From an uncultured Polaribacter sp. (lineage in GTDB: Bacteria; Bacteroidota; Bacteroidia; Flavobacteriales; Flavobacteriaceae), in the NCBI RefSeq assembly GCF_947501385.1, contig NZ_CANMVP010000024.1, positions 11,021-75,020 of the forward strand: a stretch of DNA of 64,000 nt, given 5' to 3'. Positions 38,588 to 47,280 of this stretch are shown in pieces (position 1 is the first letter of the stretch; the number at the start of each line of letters is the position of its first letter). The translations under genes and the position numbers were made by a program. The notes beneath the pieces were generated by a model. It saw only the letters and a program-made list of their open reading frames with translations, was not told the DNA's origin and searched no databases.

Positions 38588-39874
38588 ATGGAACAAACTA
38601 CTAACACAAATAAAACGGTAGATTCAGCTTCAAAATCTATTCCGTTAAACGAAAGACAAGCTTGGCATATTCCAGCTTTCATTTTTGGAGGATTAGAATT
38701 CTGTATTCCTGTATTACTAATTGGCGGAATTCTAATTGGTAATTTTAGCTTGTTAGAGATTGTTGGCATTTTAATGGTTGCATTGGTTTTTTTCCAATGG
38801 ATAGGAAACGCTGTTCAAGGATATATTGGCGCTAAAACAGGTTTAACATCGTCTGGTTTAGCAGCGCTGAGTTTTGGAAAAGAGCAATCACGAATTATCG
38901 TTGGAATCGTCATTTTAGCGTTAACTTTAGGTTGGTGGGCCATACAAACCTCTGTTGCCGCAGATGCGTTTAGCGCATTAGTCGGCATCAATAAAAGAGA
39001 GGATGTATTCTTATACATTGTAAGTACAGCTGGTATTGGATTGCTATTTGCTATTCCGTCCATCATAGGCTACGCTTCTATTAAATGGGTAGATTATGTG
39101 GCAATTCCCGCAGGTTTATTATTAGTTACGGTAGCACTTTATTTATCCATAAATAATATGGGTTGGGAAAAAATAGCAAGCTGGAATCCAGAAGGTTCCA
39201 TGTCTTTTATCGAAGCAATTAATTTAGTAATTAGCATTAACGTGGCACAATGGTTAATTGCGCCAGATTACACCCGATTTGCAAAACCCACTTGGAGAGA
39301 TAATATTTTAATTCCGTTGGGAATTATCATCGTTGGTTTTCCACTTTTTTTAGTCGGAGCAGTAATGTCTATGGGAACAGGAAATTCAGATATTGTGCAA
39401 GTGATGCAAGAACTCGGCTTTCCTGCTTGGGGTTTTGTAGTGCTTTGGGTGGCTACTTGGACCAGTCAATTGGTTAGTAATTACACTGGAGGCTTGGTTT
39501 TATGTAATATGTTTAATCTAAATGATGATAAAAGTCGTAAAATAATGACACTCGTTTTTGCTATCGTTGGAATCATTTTATCCTTATTAGGCATCATGGA
39601 TCAGTTTGTAAATTTCTTATATTCAATAGCATTAATCGTTCCTGTAATCGCAGGCGTTATCATGGCACATTTCTTTTTTGTTGATAAAAGGGAAGTGACT
39701 ACAAATCAATCTTGGAATTGGTTAGCAACCATAAGCATTTTGGTAGGTCTTTTGGTTGGCTATGTTACACAATACGAAATAAAGATAGGTTTTCCTGCTG
39801 TACAATCGTTGCTTATTTCTGGAGCTTTATATGCACTTTTAACTAACTTAAAGAAAACAAAATTAAGTGAATAA
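38588..39874 (+). CDS. NCS1 (cytosine/purine/hydantoin) family permease
   Basis: About 12 TM helices; GAKTGLTS, LGWWAIQT, APDYTRFAK and ATWTSQLVSNYTGG patterns (CodB-like). Confidence 0.88.
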   Translation: MEQTTNTNKTVDSASKSIPLNERQAWHIPAFIFGGLEFCIPVLLIGGILIGNFSLLEIVGILMVALVFFQWIGNAVQGYIGAKTGLTSSGLAALSFGKEQSRIIVGIVILALTLGWWAIQTSVAADAFSALVGINKREDVFLYIVSTAGIGLLFAIPSIIGYASIKWVDYVAIPAGLLLVTVALYLSINNMGWEKIASWNPEGSMSFIEAINLVISINVAQWLIAPDYTRFAKPTWRDNILIPLGIIIVGFPLFLVGAVMSMGTGNSDIVQVMQELGFPAWGFVVLWVATWTSQLVSNYTGGLVLCNMFNLNDDKSRKIMTLVFAIVGIILSLLGIMDQFVNFLYSIALIVPVIAGVIMAHFFFVDKREVTTNQSWNWLATISILVGLLVGYVTQYEIKIGFPAVQSLLISGALYALLTNLKKTKLSE

Positions 39875-41045
39875 AATATTTGATAATACCGAAATTGCGC
39901 TGGCGCTGAAATCTGATTCAGAATTAAACAGAGCCTTATTTTTATTCGAAATGATAAAGAAAGCGCCATTAGTTAAAATTGGAGCAGCAGTTACAAATTT
40001 TGCTTTAAAAGCAAAATTACCCGTAAAAAAGTTAATTAGAGCTACCGTTTTCGATCATTTCTGTGGAGGCATCGATGAAGAAGATTGCCAGGGCATCATT
40101 AAAAAAATGCACACTAAAAATGTGCATACAGTTTTGGATTATTCGGTGGAAGGCAAAGAAGAAGAAAAACAATTTGATGAGACACTTCAAAAAATAGTAA
40201 CAATTCTAGAGTTTGCTAAAAAAGATGAAGCCATTCCGTTTGTTGTATTTAAACCCACAGGTTTTGGACGATTTAAAATTTATCAAAAAATCACCAAAAA
40301 AGATCCTTTAAGTGAGGGCGAAAAAGTTGAATGGGAAGCTATAAAAGAACGTTTTGAAAAGGTTTGCAAAACAGCAAATACGTATAATATTCCCGTTTTA
40401 ATTGATGCCGAAGAAAGCTGGATGCAAGTTGCTGCAGATGCACTTATTGAAGACATGATGGAAAAATACAACACAAAAGACGTTATTATTTTTAATACAC
40501 TACAAGCATATCGTTGGGACAGATTAGATTATTTAAAAAATTTACATCAAAGAGCAAAAGCCAAAGGATTTAAAATTGGCATGAAACTAGTTAGAGGAGC
40601 TTATATGGAAAAAGAGCGAGAAAGGGCTTTAAAAAACAATTACAAAGACCCAATTTGCAAAGACAAAAAGACAACTGATAACTTATACAATGAAGTTTTA
40701 AATTATATATTAGATAATTTAGAAGACATAGAACTCTTCGCAGGAACACATAACGAAGAAAGCTCTTATTTACTGATGGACATCATGAAAACCAAAGGAA
40801 TTTCTGAAAATGATAAAAGAATTTGGTTCGGACAATTGTATGGCATGAGTGATAATATTAGTTATAATTTATCTGAATTAGGCTACAATGTTGCAAAATA
40901 TCTTCCGTTTGGTCCCGTAAAAGATGTGATGCCTTATTTAATTAGACGCGCGGAAGAAAACACGTCTGTCGCTGGACAAACATCAAGAGAATTATCCATT
41001 ATTAAAAACGAAAGAGCAAGAAGAAAATCAAAAAACGTACACTAA
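39867..41045 (+). CDS. Monofunctional proline dehydrogenase
   Basis: IDAEESW, TLQAYR, KLVRGAYMEKER, GTHNEES, QLYGM, KYLPFGPV and YLIRRAEEN motifs; GTG start overlaps the permease by 8 nt. Confidence 0.92.
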   Translation: MNKIFDNTEIALALKSDSELNRALFLFEMIKKAPLVKIGAAVTNFALKAKLPVKKLIRATVFDHFCGGIDEEDCQGIIKKMHTKNVHTVLDYSVEGKEEEKQFDETLQKIVTILEFAKKDEAIPFVVFKPTGFGRFKIYQKITKKDPLSEGEKVEWEAIKERFEKVCKTANTYNIPVLIDAEESWMQVAADALIEDMMEKYNTKDVIIFNTLQAYRWDRLDYLKNLHQRAKAKGFKIGMKLVRGAYMEKERERALKNNYKDPICKDKKTTDNLYNEVLNYILDNLEDIELFAGTHNEESSYLLMDIMKTKGISENDKRIWFGQLYGMSDNISYNLSELGYNVAKYLPFGPVKDVMPYLIRRAEENTSVAGQTSRELSIIKNERARRKSKNVH

Positions 41046-41145
41046 CTCAAATCTTATTTTAAATAGTTTTTACAGAAAGGTTAAAAAGCAATGACAAATT
41101 TAGAGAAGATTCTAAAGTAAAAACTTCGAAAAGACTTTTTGCAAG

Positions 41146-43785
41146 TTATCGCACAAATCGATACGTTGCTTTGATTAAAAAAGTGTCTTGGGCAGGAATA
41201 TCAAAAACCTGATTATTGATGCTTTCTCTTAAAGAATTTTCTGAACTTTGTATTCCTGAAGAACCTCTTGCCCAAACAAAAAACAATTCAGAACCTGGAA
41301 TATATTCCCATCTTACCACTAAATTGGTTTGCAATTGTACAAAAGAAAAATCGGGTTTTTCGAAAGTATAGTCTGTGTTGCTATTTAAATTTTCATCAAT
41401 TAAAAAAGCTTCATCACCATTCGCATTTACACCAAAGGAAATCTGATTTTCATTATATACATTTACACGATCGTTGATTGAACTTGCGGTAGGATTGTTT
41501 ACAAAATTAAAATCAGAATATCTTCCTCTAGAAATAAAGGGTTGTCCGTAAAACTGAACAGAAAAATTAGGGTTCAAACTATAATTTAGCCTTAGCGTTG
41601 TAGACCAAGTATCGTTTTTAATATTTCCTAAGATGTATCTTTTTAAGTTTCCAAAATCTGTGGTTGTTACATACTGTGTTTTATCTTCGGTTTTTTCTAA
41701 TTCATTATCTAAAGACATGCTAAAAGAATCGAAAGGTTGGTAATTCATTCTAAAAACATATCTGTTTCTAGTAAAAACTTCTTCATCGCTTCGAACAGCA
41801 ACATAACCTAATGTAAAACTAAATTTCTTACTTCTGTCTGAACCGAAAAACCCATACATATAGCGATCATCTGCTGCTCGCCAACGAGGACCACCTCTTA
41901 AAAAAGCATTTCTATGAATTTGGCTACTTGCTCCCATTCCTACTTCTGTCCACCAATTATTTTTCCAGTTTACATTTCCTTCCAATTCGTAGCGCACTCT
42001 ATTTAAGTTTCCACCAAAATCATATCTACTAGATTGTTCTAAGTTTATTCTTATATCTCTATAAATTCCTTTAGGAACTTGCCATAAATATCTTCCTTCT
42101 ACAAACTGAATCATTTCATCTGTTTGACGTAAAAATCCAACATCATTCAATTCTAATTCTGGAGAACGCCAGACAAAACCACCGTTGTAACGCCAATTTC
42201 CACCACCTTGTTTACCTGCTTCTATTCTACCACCTGTTCCTGTTAAAGAAGTTCTTGTTTGGTTAACTGCTACATGACTTGCGTCTGTTCTTTGAAACAA
42301 TCTTGTGATAGAACGCTGCGTATTTTCTATAGCCTCTTCACTTCCAGAAACACGACTCATAATTGCATTTCCTTCTACATAGAATTCTCTTTTGCGCCAA
42401 GTGTGTCTAAAATCGATTCCTCCTGTATATGCTGCTTTGTGTAATTCAGTAAAATTACCATCTAAATTTCTATTGGTAGCTGTAAAAATTCCGCCTAAAT
42501 AAGAATTTCTTTCATTAAAATCTTTTTGAGCTCTCACCACAAAATAATTGGTTAAAGGTTCTACAATTTCTTCTCTAGTATCTTCATCGGTTTGTTTTAT
42601 TTCTGCGAATTCGTTGGCAGTAACACTTTCTAAAAGCCCAATAGACCAACCGTTTTTGGTTTTTCCAGAGAATTTTGCAGCACCTAAAATAGTTGAGTTT
42701 TGTGGTACCTCTGCAAATTCACCAGTTGCTAAATTTGCATTTCTATGCGGGTTTCTACCAATTCTTCTGCTATAAAAAAGATTATCACTTCCATTGGCAA
42801 ATTCAAAATCGAAAATATTTTTATTTTCTACAAAAAACGGACGTTGTTCTTGAAAAAATATTTGAAAACCGTCTAATGCAATCGCTCCAGGATCTGCTTC
42901 TACTTGTCCGAAATCTGGATTGATCGTTAAGTCTAAAGTTAAATCATTAGTAATCCCAATTTTTGCATCCAGACCTCCATTGATTTTAAAATCGCTTCCA
43001 TCTCTATATGGGTTTCCAGTTTCTGCTGGATAACTATCATATTGCAATACTGTAAAAGGCTGAATTTCTAATTGTTTTTGTGATTTTAAATTTACCAAAC
43101 CGTGTAGTTCTCCTGCTTCACTAATAAAACCTGCTTGATCATTGGGAATTCTTTGCCATAAAGAACGTTCTTGCAATCTAAAAATAGTTCTATTGATATT
43201 AAAACCCCAAATTTGCTCATTATCATCACCAAAGCGCAATTGACTAAAGGGTATTTTCATTTCTGCGGTCCAACCTTTCTCATCTACATTGGCATTTGTA
43301 TACCAAATTGGGTTCCAACTTTCATCCCAGTTATTTCCATTTTGGGTTGCTATCTCTTCGCCTTTAACACCAGCAGCTGTGGTAGTAAACACAAAAGCAG
43401 TTCTTTTATCGTGATAACTATCTATGATTACATTTACGCGATCACCAGCAAAACCGTCTCTTCTACTTAATCTTTGTTGAATTAAGCCGGGATCCTTATC
43501 TAATGCTCTAATTGCAACATATAAGAACTTCGCATCATACATTACCTTAAATTTTGTTTGGTGCGTTGGTGGTGTTCCTTCATCTGGTGTTTTTTCAGTA
43601 AAATCTGAGGACCATGGAACAACATCCCAGGCATCTTCAGAAATTAAGCCATCAATTACAGGTGTTTTTACTAATTTTTTTGTGGTGTAAATTCGCTTTA
43701 AAACTTTATTTAATTGTGCTTCTTGAGCAGTAATATGAAATGAAAAAAAAGTACTAAAAACTAGTATTGAAAGTATAAATCTCAT
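41146..43785 (-). CDS. DUF5916-domain outer membrane protein with N-terminal CBM9-like domain
   Basis: PVIDG..W, YDAKFLYVAI, WTAEMKIPFSQLRF, NPDFGQVEAD, EQRPFF and YSRRIG motifs. Confidence 0.82.
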   Translation of the reverse strand: MRFILSILVFSTFFSFHITAQEAQLNKVLKRIYTTKKLVKTPVIDGLISEDAWDVVPWSSDFTEKTPDEGTPPTHQTKFKVMYDAKFLYVAIRALDKDPGLIQQRLSRRDGFAGDRVNVIIDSYHDKRTAFVFTTTAAGVKGEEIATQNGNNWDESWNPIWYTNANVDEKGWTAEMKIPFSQLRFGDDNEQIWGFNINRTIFRLQERSLWQRIPNDQAGFISEAGELHGLVNLKSQKQLEIQPFTVLQYDSYPAETGNPYRDGSDFKINGGLDAKIGITNDLTLDLTINPDFGQVEADPGAIALDGFQIFFQEQRPFFVENKNIFDFEFANGSDNLFYSRRIGRNPHRNANLATGEFAEVPQNSTILGAAKFSGKTKNGWSIGLLESVTANEFAEIKQTDEDTREEIVEPLTNYFVVRAQKDFNERNSYLGGIFTATNRNLDGNFTELHKAAYTGGIDFRHTWRKREFYVEGNAIMSRVSGSEEAIENTQRSITRLFQRTDASHVAVNQTRTSLTGTGGRIEAGKQGGGNWRYNGGFVWRSPELELNDVGFLRQTDEMIQFVEGRYLWQVPKGIYRDIRINLEQSSRYDFGGNLNRVRYELEGNVNWKNNWWTEVGMGASSQIHRNAFLRGGPRWRAADDRYMYGFFGSDRSKKFSFTLGYVAVRSDEEVFTRNRYVFRMNYQPFDSFSMSLDNELEKTEDKTQYVTTTDFGNLKRYILGNIKNDTWSTTLRLNYSLNPNFSVQFYGQPFISRGRYSDFNFVNNPTASSINDRVNVYNENQISFGVNANGDEAFLIDENLNSNTDYTFEKPDFSFVQLQTNLVVRWEYIPGSELFFVWARGSSGIQSSENSLRESINNQVFDIPAQDTFLIKATYRFVR

Positions 43786-43938
43786 TGAATTTTGGGTCGT
43801 TTATTTTTTTTGAAAACAGCGTCTAAAAATGCGCTGTAGCATTACAACAAAAGTACTTTTCTCTTTTCTTAACTTTATGTTAATTATTCATTCAAAAAAG
43901 CATTCTGATAATTTCAAAAAAATAAATCTAAAACACTA

Positions 43939-43969
43939 TTTGTCAATCAAATAAATAGCATTACATTTG
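43939..43969 (+). promoter_or_regulatory. Promoter of the rplM-rpsI-rpsB-tsf operon
   Basis: TTTG (43939-43942), 19-nt spacer, TACATTTG (43962-43969). Confidence 0.7.
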
Positions 43970-44190
43970 CACTCCTTTTTTAAGGAAAATATAAATTATT
44001 AATCAATACCACTTAAACTTCAAAATAACTGTAATAAAACGTTCTTTTATTCCTTTCTATTTCAGAATAAAAAAAACCATAGCAAATGCTATGATTGATT
44101 TTTCTTCATCATATAAAGAAAAAAATCATCATTTTATTTTACAGCCATTTTCAAAGTATAATTGGTATAACAAAAACTAATCGTGTAATT

Positions 44191-44646
44191 ATGAACACAT
44201 TAAGTTACAAAACAGTATCAGCAAACAGCGCTACCGTAAACAAGGAGTGGGTTTTGGTTGATGCGGACGGGCAAACGTTGGGTCGTCTATCTTCTATTAT
44301 AGCAAAGCTAATTAGAGGTAAGTATAAACCAAACTTTACTCCGCACGTAGATTGTGGAGACAACGTGGTTGTTATCAACGCAGAAAAAATTGTTTTATCT
44401 GGAAACAAATGGAGAGACAAATCTTACATTCGTCACACAGGGTATCCAGGAGGACAAAGATCGTTAACTGCAACAGAAATGTTTGAGAAAGATCCTACAA
44501 GATTAATCGAAAAAGCAGTAAAAGGAATGTTACCTAAAAACACTTTAGGAGCGGCTTTGTACAGAAACTTGTATGTATATGCAGGTACTGAGCACAAACA
44601 AGATGGGCAAACGCCTAAAGCTATTAACCTTAACGATTTAATATAA
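44191..44646 (+). CDS. rplM: 50S ribosomal protein L13
   Basis: WVLVDA..LGRL, PHVDCGDNVVVINAEK, HTGYPGG and AVKGMLPK motifs. Start at ATG 44191. Confidence 0.97.
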   Translation: MNTLSYKTVSANSATVNKEWVLVDADGQTLGRLSSIIAKLIRGKYKPNFTPHVDCGDNVVVINAEKIVLSGNKWRDKSYIRHTGYPGGQRSLTATEMFEKDPTRLIEKAVKGMLPKNTLGAALYRNLYVYAGTEHKQDGQTPKAINLNDLI

Positions 44647-45032
44647 TGGATACAGTTCACAAAATAGGTAGAAGAAAAACTGCTGTTGCTCGTATTTATC
44701 TTACTGATGGAAAAGGGGACATTACAGTAAACAAAAAAGACTATAAAAGTTATTTTACAACAGGTACTTTACAGTATAAAGTTCAGCAACCATTAATGTT
44801 AACAGAAAACTTAGAGTCTTATGACATTAAGGTAAATGTTTATGGTGGTGGTGTAACAGGACAAGCAGAAGCAATTCGTTTAGCAATTACCAGAGCATTG
44901 GTATCTATTAACGAAGAGCACAGATTAGTGTTGAAACCAGAAGGATTATTAACGCGTGATCCAAGAATGGTAGAACGTAAGAAATTCGGTCAGAAAAAAG
45001 CACGTAAAAAATTCCAATTCTCGAAACGTTAA
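44646..45032 (+). CDS. rpsI: 30S ribosomal protein S9
   Basis: GRRKTAVAR, GGGVTGQAEAIR, TRDPRMVERKK and QFSKR motifs. Confidence 0.98.
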   Translation: MDTVHKIGRRKTAVARIYLTDGKGDITVNKKDYKSYFTTGTLQYKVQQPLMLTENLESYDIKVNVYGGGVTGQAEAIRLAITRALVSINEEHRLVLKPEGLLTRDPRMVERKKFGQKKARKKFQFSKR

Positions 45033-45053
45033 TATATTTTGTTTCTTCTTTCC

Positions 45054-45079
45054 ATGTCTCCTTGAGCGGAGTCGAAAGG
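45054..45079. repeat. Solo REP-like palindrome
   Basis: atgtctccttgagcggagtcgaaa differs at 3 positions from the reverse complement of 20390-20413. Confidence 0.75.
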
Positions 45080-45217
45080 TTTATACAAATTTCACATCGA
45101 GAACTGTTATTATTACACAAAATTAATAGGAAACAGTTTAGCATCTAAATATATAAGACTCTTATAAAGACTACTTATATATTGATTTCAAAACAGAACG
45201 TAAACACATTTAGAAAA

Positions 45218-46105
45218 ATGGCAAATATAAATATTCAAGAATTATTAGATAACGGTGTACATTTCGGACACCTTACTAGAAAATGGAACCCTAACATGGC
45301 TCCATATATTTATACAGAACGTAATGGTGTACACATCATCGATTTGTATAAAACGGCTGCAAAAATAGAAGAAACTTCAGAAGCTTTAAAAAAGATTGCG
45401 AACTCTGGACGTAAAATTTTATTTGTTGCTACAAAAAAACAAGCAAAAGACATTGTTTCTGAAAAAGCGAAAGCGGTAAGCATGCCTTACATTACAGAAA
45501 GATGGCCTGGAGGTATGTTAACCAACTTTGTTACTATTAGAAAAGCTGTTAAGAAAATGGCTCAGATAGATAGAATGAAGACAGATGGTTCTTTTGATGC
45601 CTTATCTAAAAGAGAAAAATTACAAATCAATAGACAACGAGAAAAATTAGAAAAGAATTTAGGTTCTATTTCAGACATGACTCGTTTACCTGGTGCGTTA
45701 TTTATTGTAGATATTAAAAAAGAACACATTGCTGTAGCAGAAGCTCAAAAATTAAATATTCCAATTTTTGCAATGGTAGATACGAATTCAGACCCAAGAC
45801 AGGTAGATTTCATCATTCCAGCAAATGACGATGCTTCTAAGTCTATAGACAAGGTATTGTCTTTTGTAACCGATGCAATTGCAGAAGGTTTGTCTGATAG
45901 AAAATCTGACAAAGCAGACAAGGAAAAAACAAAAGAAGAAAAAGTAGCTAAACAAGAGGCAGCTCCTGCAAAAGAAGAAACTCCTAAAAAGGAAGCAGTG
46001 AAAGCTGAAACTCCTAATTTAGAAGAAGCTGTAGTAAATACTACTGAAGGAACTACAACACCGGCAGAGGCTAAAGCAGAAGAAAAAGCTGAAGAAAAAA
46101 AATAA
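45218..46105 (+). CDS. rpsB: 30S ribosomal protein S2 with an acidic/Lys low-complexity C-terminal tail
   Basis: GVHFGH..RKWNP, FVATKKQA, RWPGGMLTN and PANDDA motifs. Start at ATG 45218. Confidence 0.97.
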   Translation: MANINIQELLDNGVHFGHLTRKWNPNMAPYIYTERNGVHIIDLYKTAAKIEETSEALKKIANSGRKILFVATKKQAKDIVSEKAKAVSMPYITERWPGGMLTNFVTIRKAVKKMAQIDRMKTDGSFDALSKREKLQINRQREKLEKNLGSISDMTRLPGALFIVDIKKEHIAVAEAQKLNIPIFAMVDTNSDPRQVDFIIPANDDASKSIDKVLSFVTDAIAEGLSDRKSDKADKEKTKEEKVAKQEAAPAKEETPKKEAVKAETPNLEEAVVNTTEGTTTPAEAKAEEKAEEKK

Positions 46106-46155
46106 TTTTAATAATCATTTAGAAACAATTGTTTCTAACAAAAATAGTAGGTGAC

Positions 46156-47121
46156 ATGGTAAAAGTAAGTGCTGCTGATGTTAAAAAATTAAGAGAAGCA
46201 ACTGGTGCTGGTATGATGGACTGTAAAAAGGCATTAGTAGAAGCAGAAGGTAACTTCGAACAAGCAATTGATGTTTTACGTAAAAAAGGTCAAAAAATTG
46301 CTGCAAAAAGAGCTGATAGAGAATCTACAGAAGGTGTTGCAGTCACAAAAATTAATGCAGATAAAACTGCAGGTGTTGCTATTGTTTTAGCTTGTGAAAC
46401 AGATTTTGTTGGTAAAAATGAATCTTTCGTAGCTTTAGGAGGACAATTTGCAGACATCGCTTTAAATTTTGACAGTAAAGAAGCTTTCTTAGCGGCAGAT
46501 TTTGGAGGAATGACTGTTGCTGATAAACTCGTTGAACAAACGGGTGTAATTGGTGAAAAGTTAGAAATTACAGCTTTTGAAAAAGTGGAAGCTGCGTATG
46601 TTGGTGCATATACTCACATAGGTAAAATTGCTGCTTTAGTAGGATTATCTGCCGTTGTAGACAATGCAGAAACTTTAGCGAAAGATTTAGCAATGCAAGT
46701 AGCTTCTATGGGAGCCACTACATTATCTTATAAAGATTTTGACCCTGCATTTGTTACTGCGGAAACAGAAGCTAGAATTGCTGTTATTGAAAAAGATAAT
46801 ATCGAGTTAGGGAGATTAGGAAAAACGTTGAAAAATGTTCCTCAATATATTTCTATGTCTCAATTATCTGATGCTATTTTAGCAAAAGCTGAAGAAGCAG
46901 CCAAAGCAGAGTTAAAAGCGGAAGGGAAACCAGCACAAATTTGGGATAGAATCTTACCAGGTAAAATGGAACGTTTTATTGCAGATAATACAACTTTAGA
47001 TATGGAGCAGTGTCTTTTAGACCAGACTTTTATTAAAGATGAAAAGAAGAATGTTGCGCAATATGTAAAAACTTATGGTGATGTTGAAGTAACAACTTTT
47101 AAAAGAGTTACTTTAGGATAA
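46156..47121 (+). CDS. tsf: Elongation factor Ts
   Basis: VKKLREATGAGMMDCKKAL, ETDFV and LLDQTFIKD motifs. Start at ATG 46156. Confidence 0.97.
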   Translation: MVKVSAADVKKLREATGAGMMDCKKALVEAEGNFEQAIDVLRKKGQKIAAKRADRESTEGVAVTKINADKTAGVAIVLACETDFVGKNESFVALGGQFADIALNFDSKEAFLAADFGGMTVADKLVEQTGVIGEKLEITAFEKVEAAYVGAYTHIGKIAALVGLSAVVDNAETLAKDLAMQVASMGATTLSYKDFDPAFVTAETEARIAVIEKDNIELGRLGKTLKNVPQYISMSQLSDAILAKAEEAAKAELKAEGKPAQIWDRILPGKMERFIADNTTLDMEQCLLDQTFIKDEKKNVAQYVKTYGDVEVTTFKRVTLG

Positions 47122-47125
47122 AACA
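47111..47125 (+). repeat. Direct repeat copy 1 (tsf 3' end)
   Basis: ctttaggataaaaca, identical to 48330-48344. Confidence 0.8.
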
Positions 47126-47143
47126 ATTCTAATTATTATAACT

Positions 47144-47182
47144 AAAACCTCGATTTCAAATATTTGAAATTGAGGTTTTTTT
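47144..47182 (+). terminator. Intrinsic terminator after tsf
   Basis: aaaacctcgatttcaaa / tttgaaattgaggtttt stem followed by a T run. Confidence 0.85.
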
Positions 47183-47193
47183 ATTGAAAAAAC

Positions 47194-47280
47194 TTTAAGC
47201 TCATTAAATAAAAAATAAAGCTCAAAAAATAGGTTTTACGAGCTTAAAAAGATTAAATTTATCCTCTAATTGAGCTTAAA
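47194..47280. promoter_or_regulatory. Four-copy operator-like motif (TGAGCTTAAA) upstream of the Fic gene
   Basis: tttaagctca 47194-47203, ataaagctca 47215-47224, cgagcttaaa 47239-47248, tgagcttaaa 47271-47280 (abuts the ATG). Confidence 0.65.

Noticed and set aside
34501-39874. Classic creatinine/N-methylhydantoin or 5-substituted hydantoin pathway
   Set aside because: No creatinine deaminase, carbamoylase, racemase or sarcosine oxidase in the operon. They could lie elsewhere in the genome, so this is disfavoured rather than excluded.
29205-41150. Target-site duplication around the catabolic operon
   Set aside because: Only a 7-bp agttatc match (near 29513 and 41144), expected by chance in AT-rich DNA; no integrase or transposase nearby.
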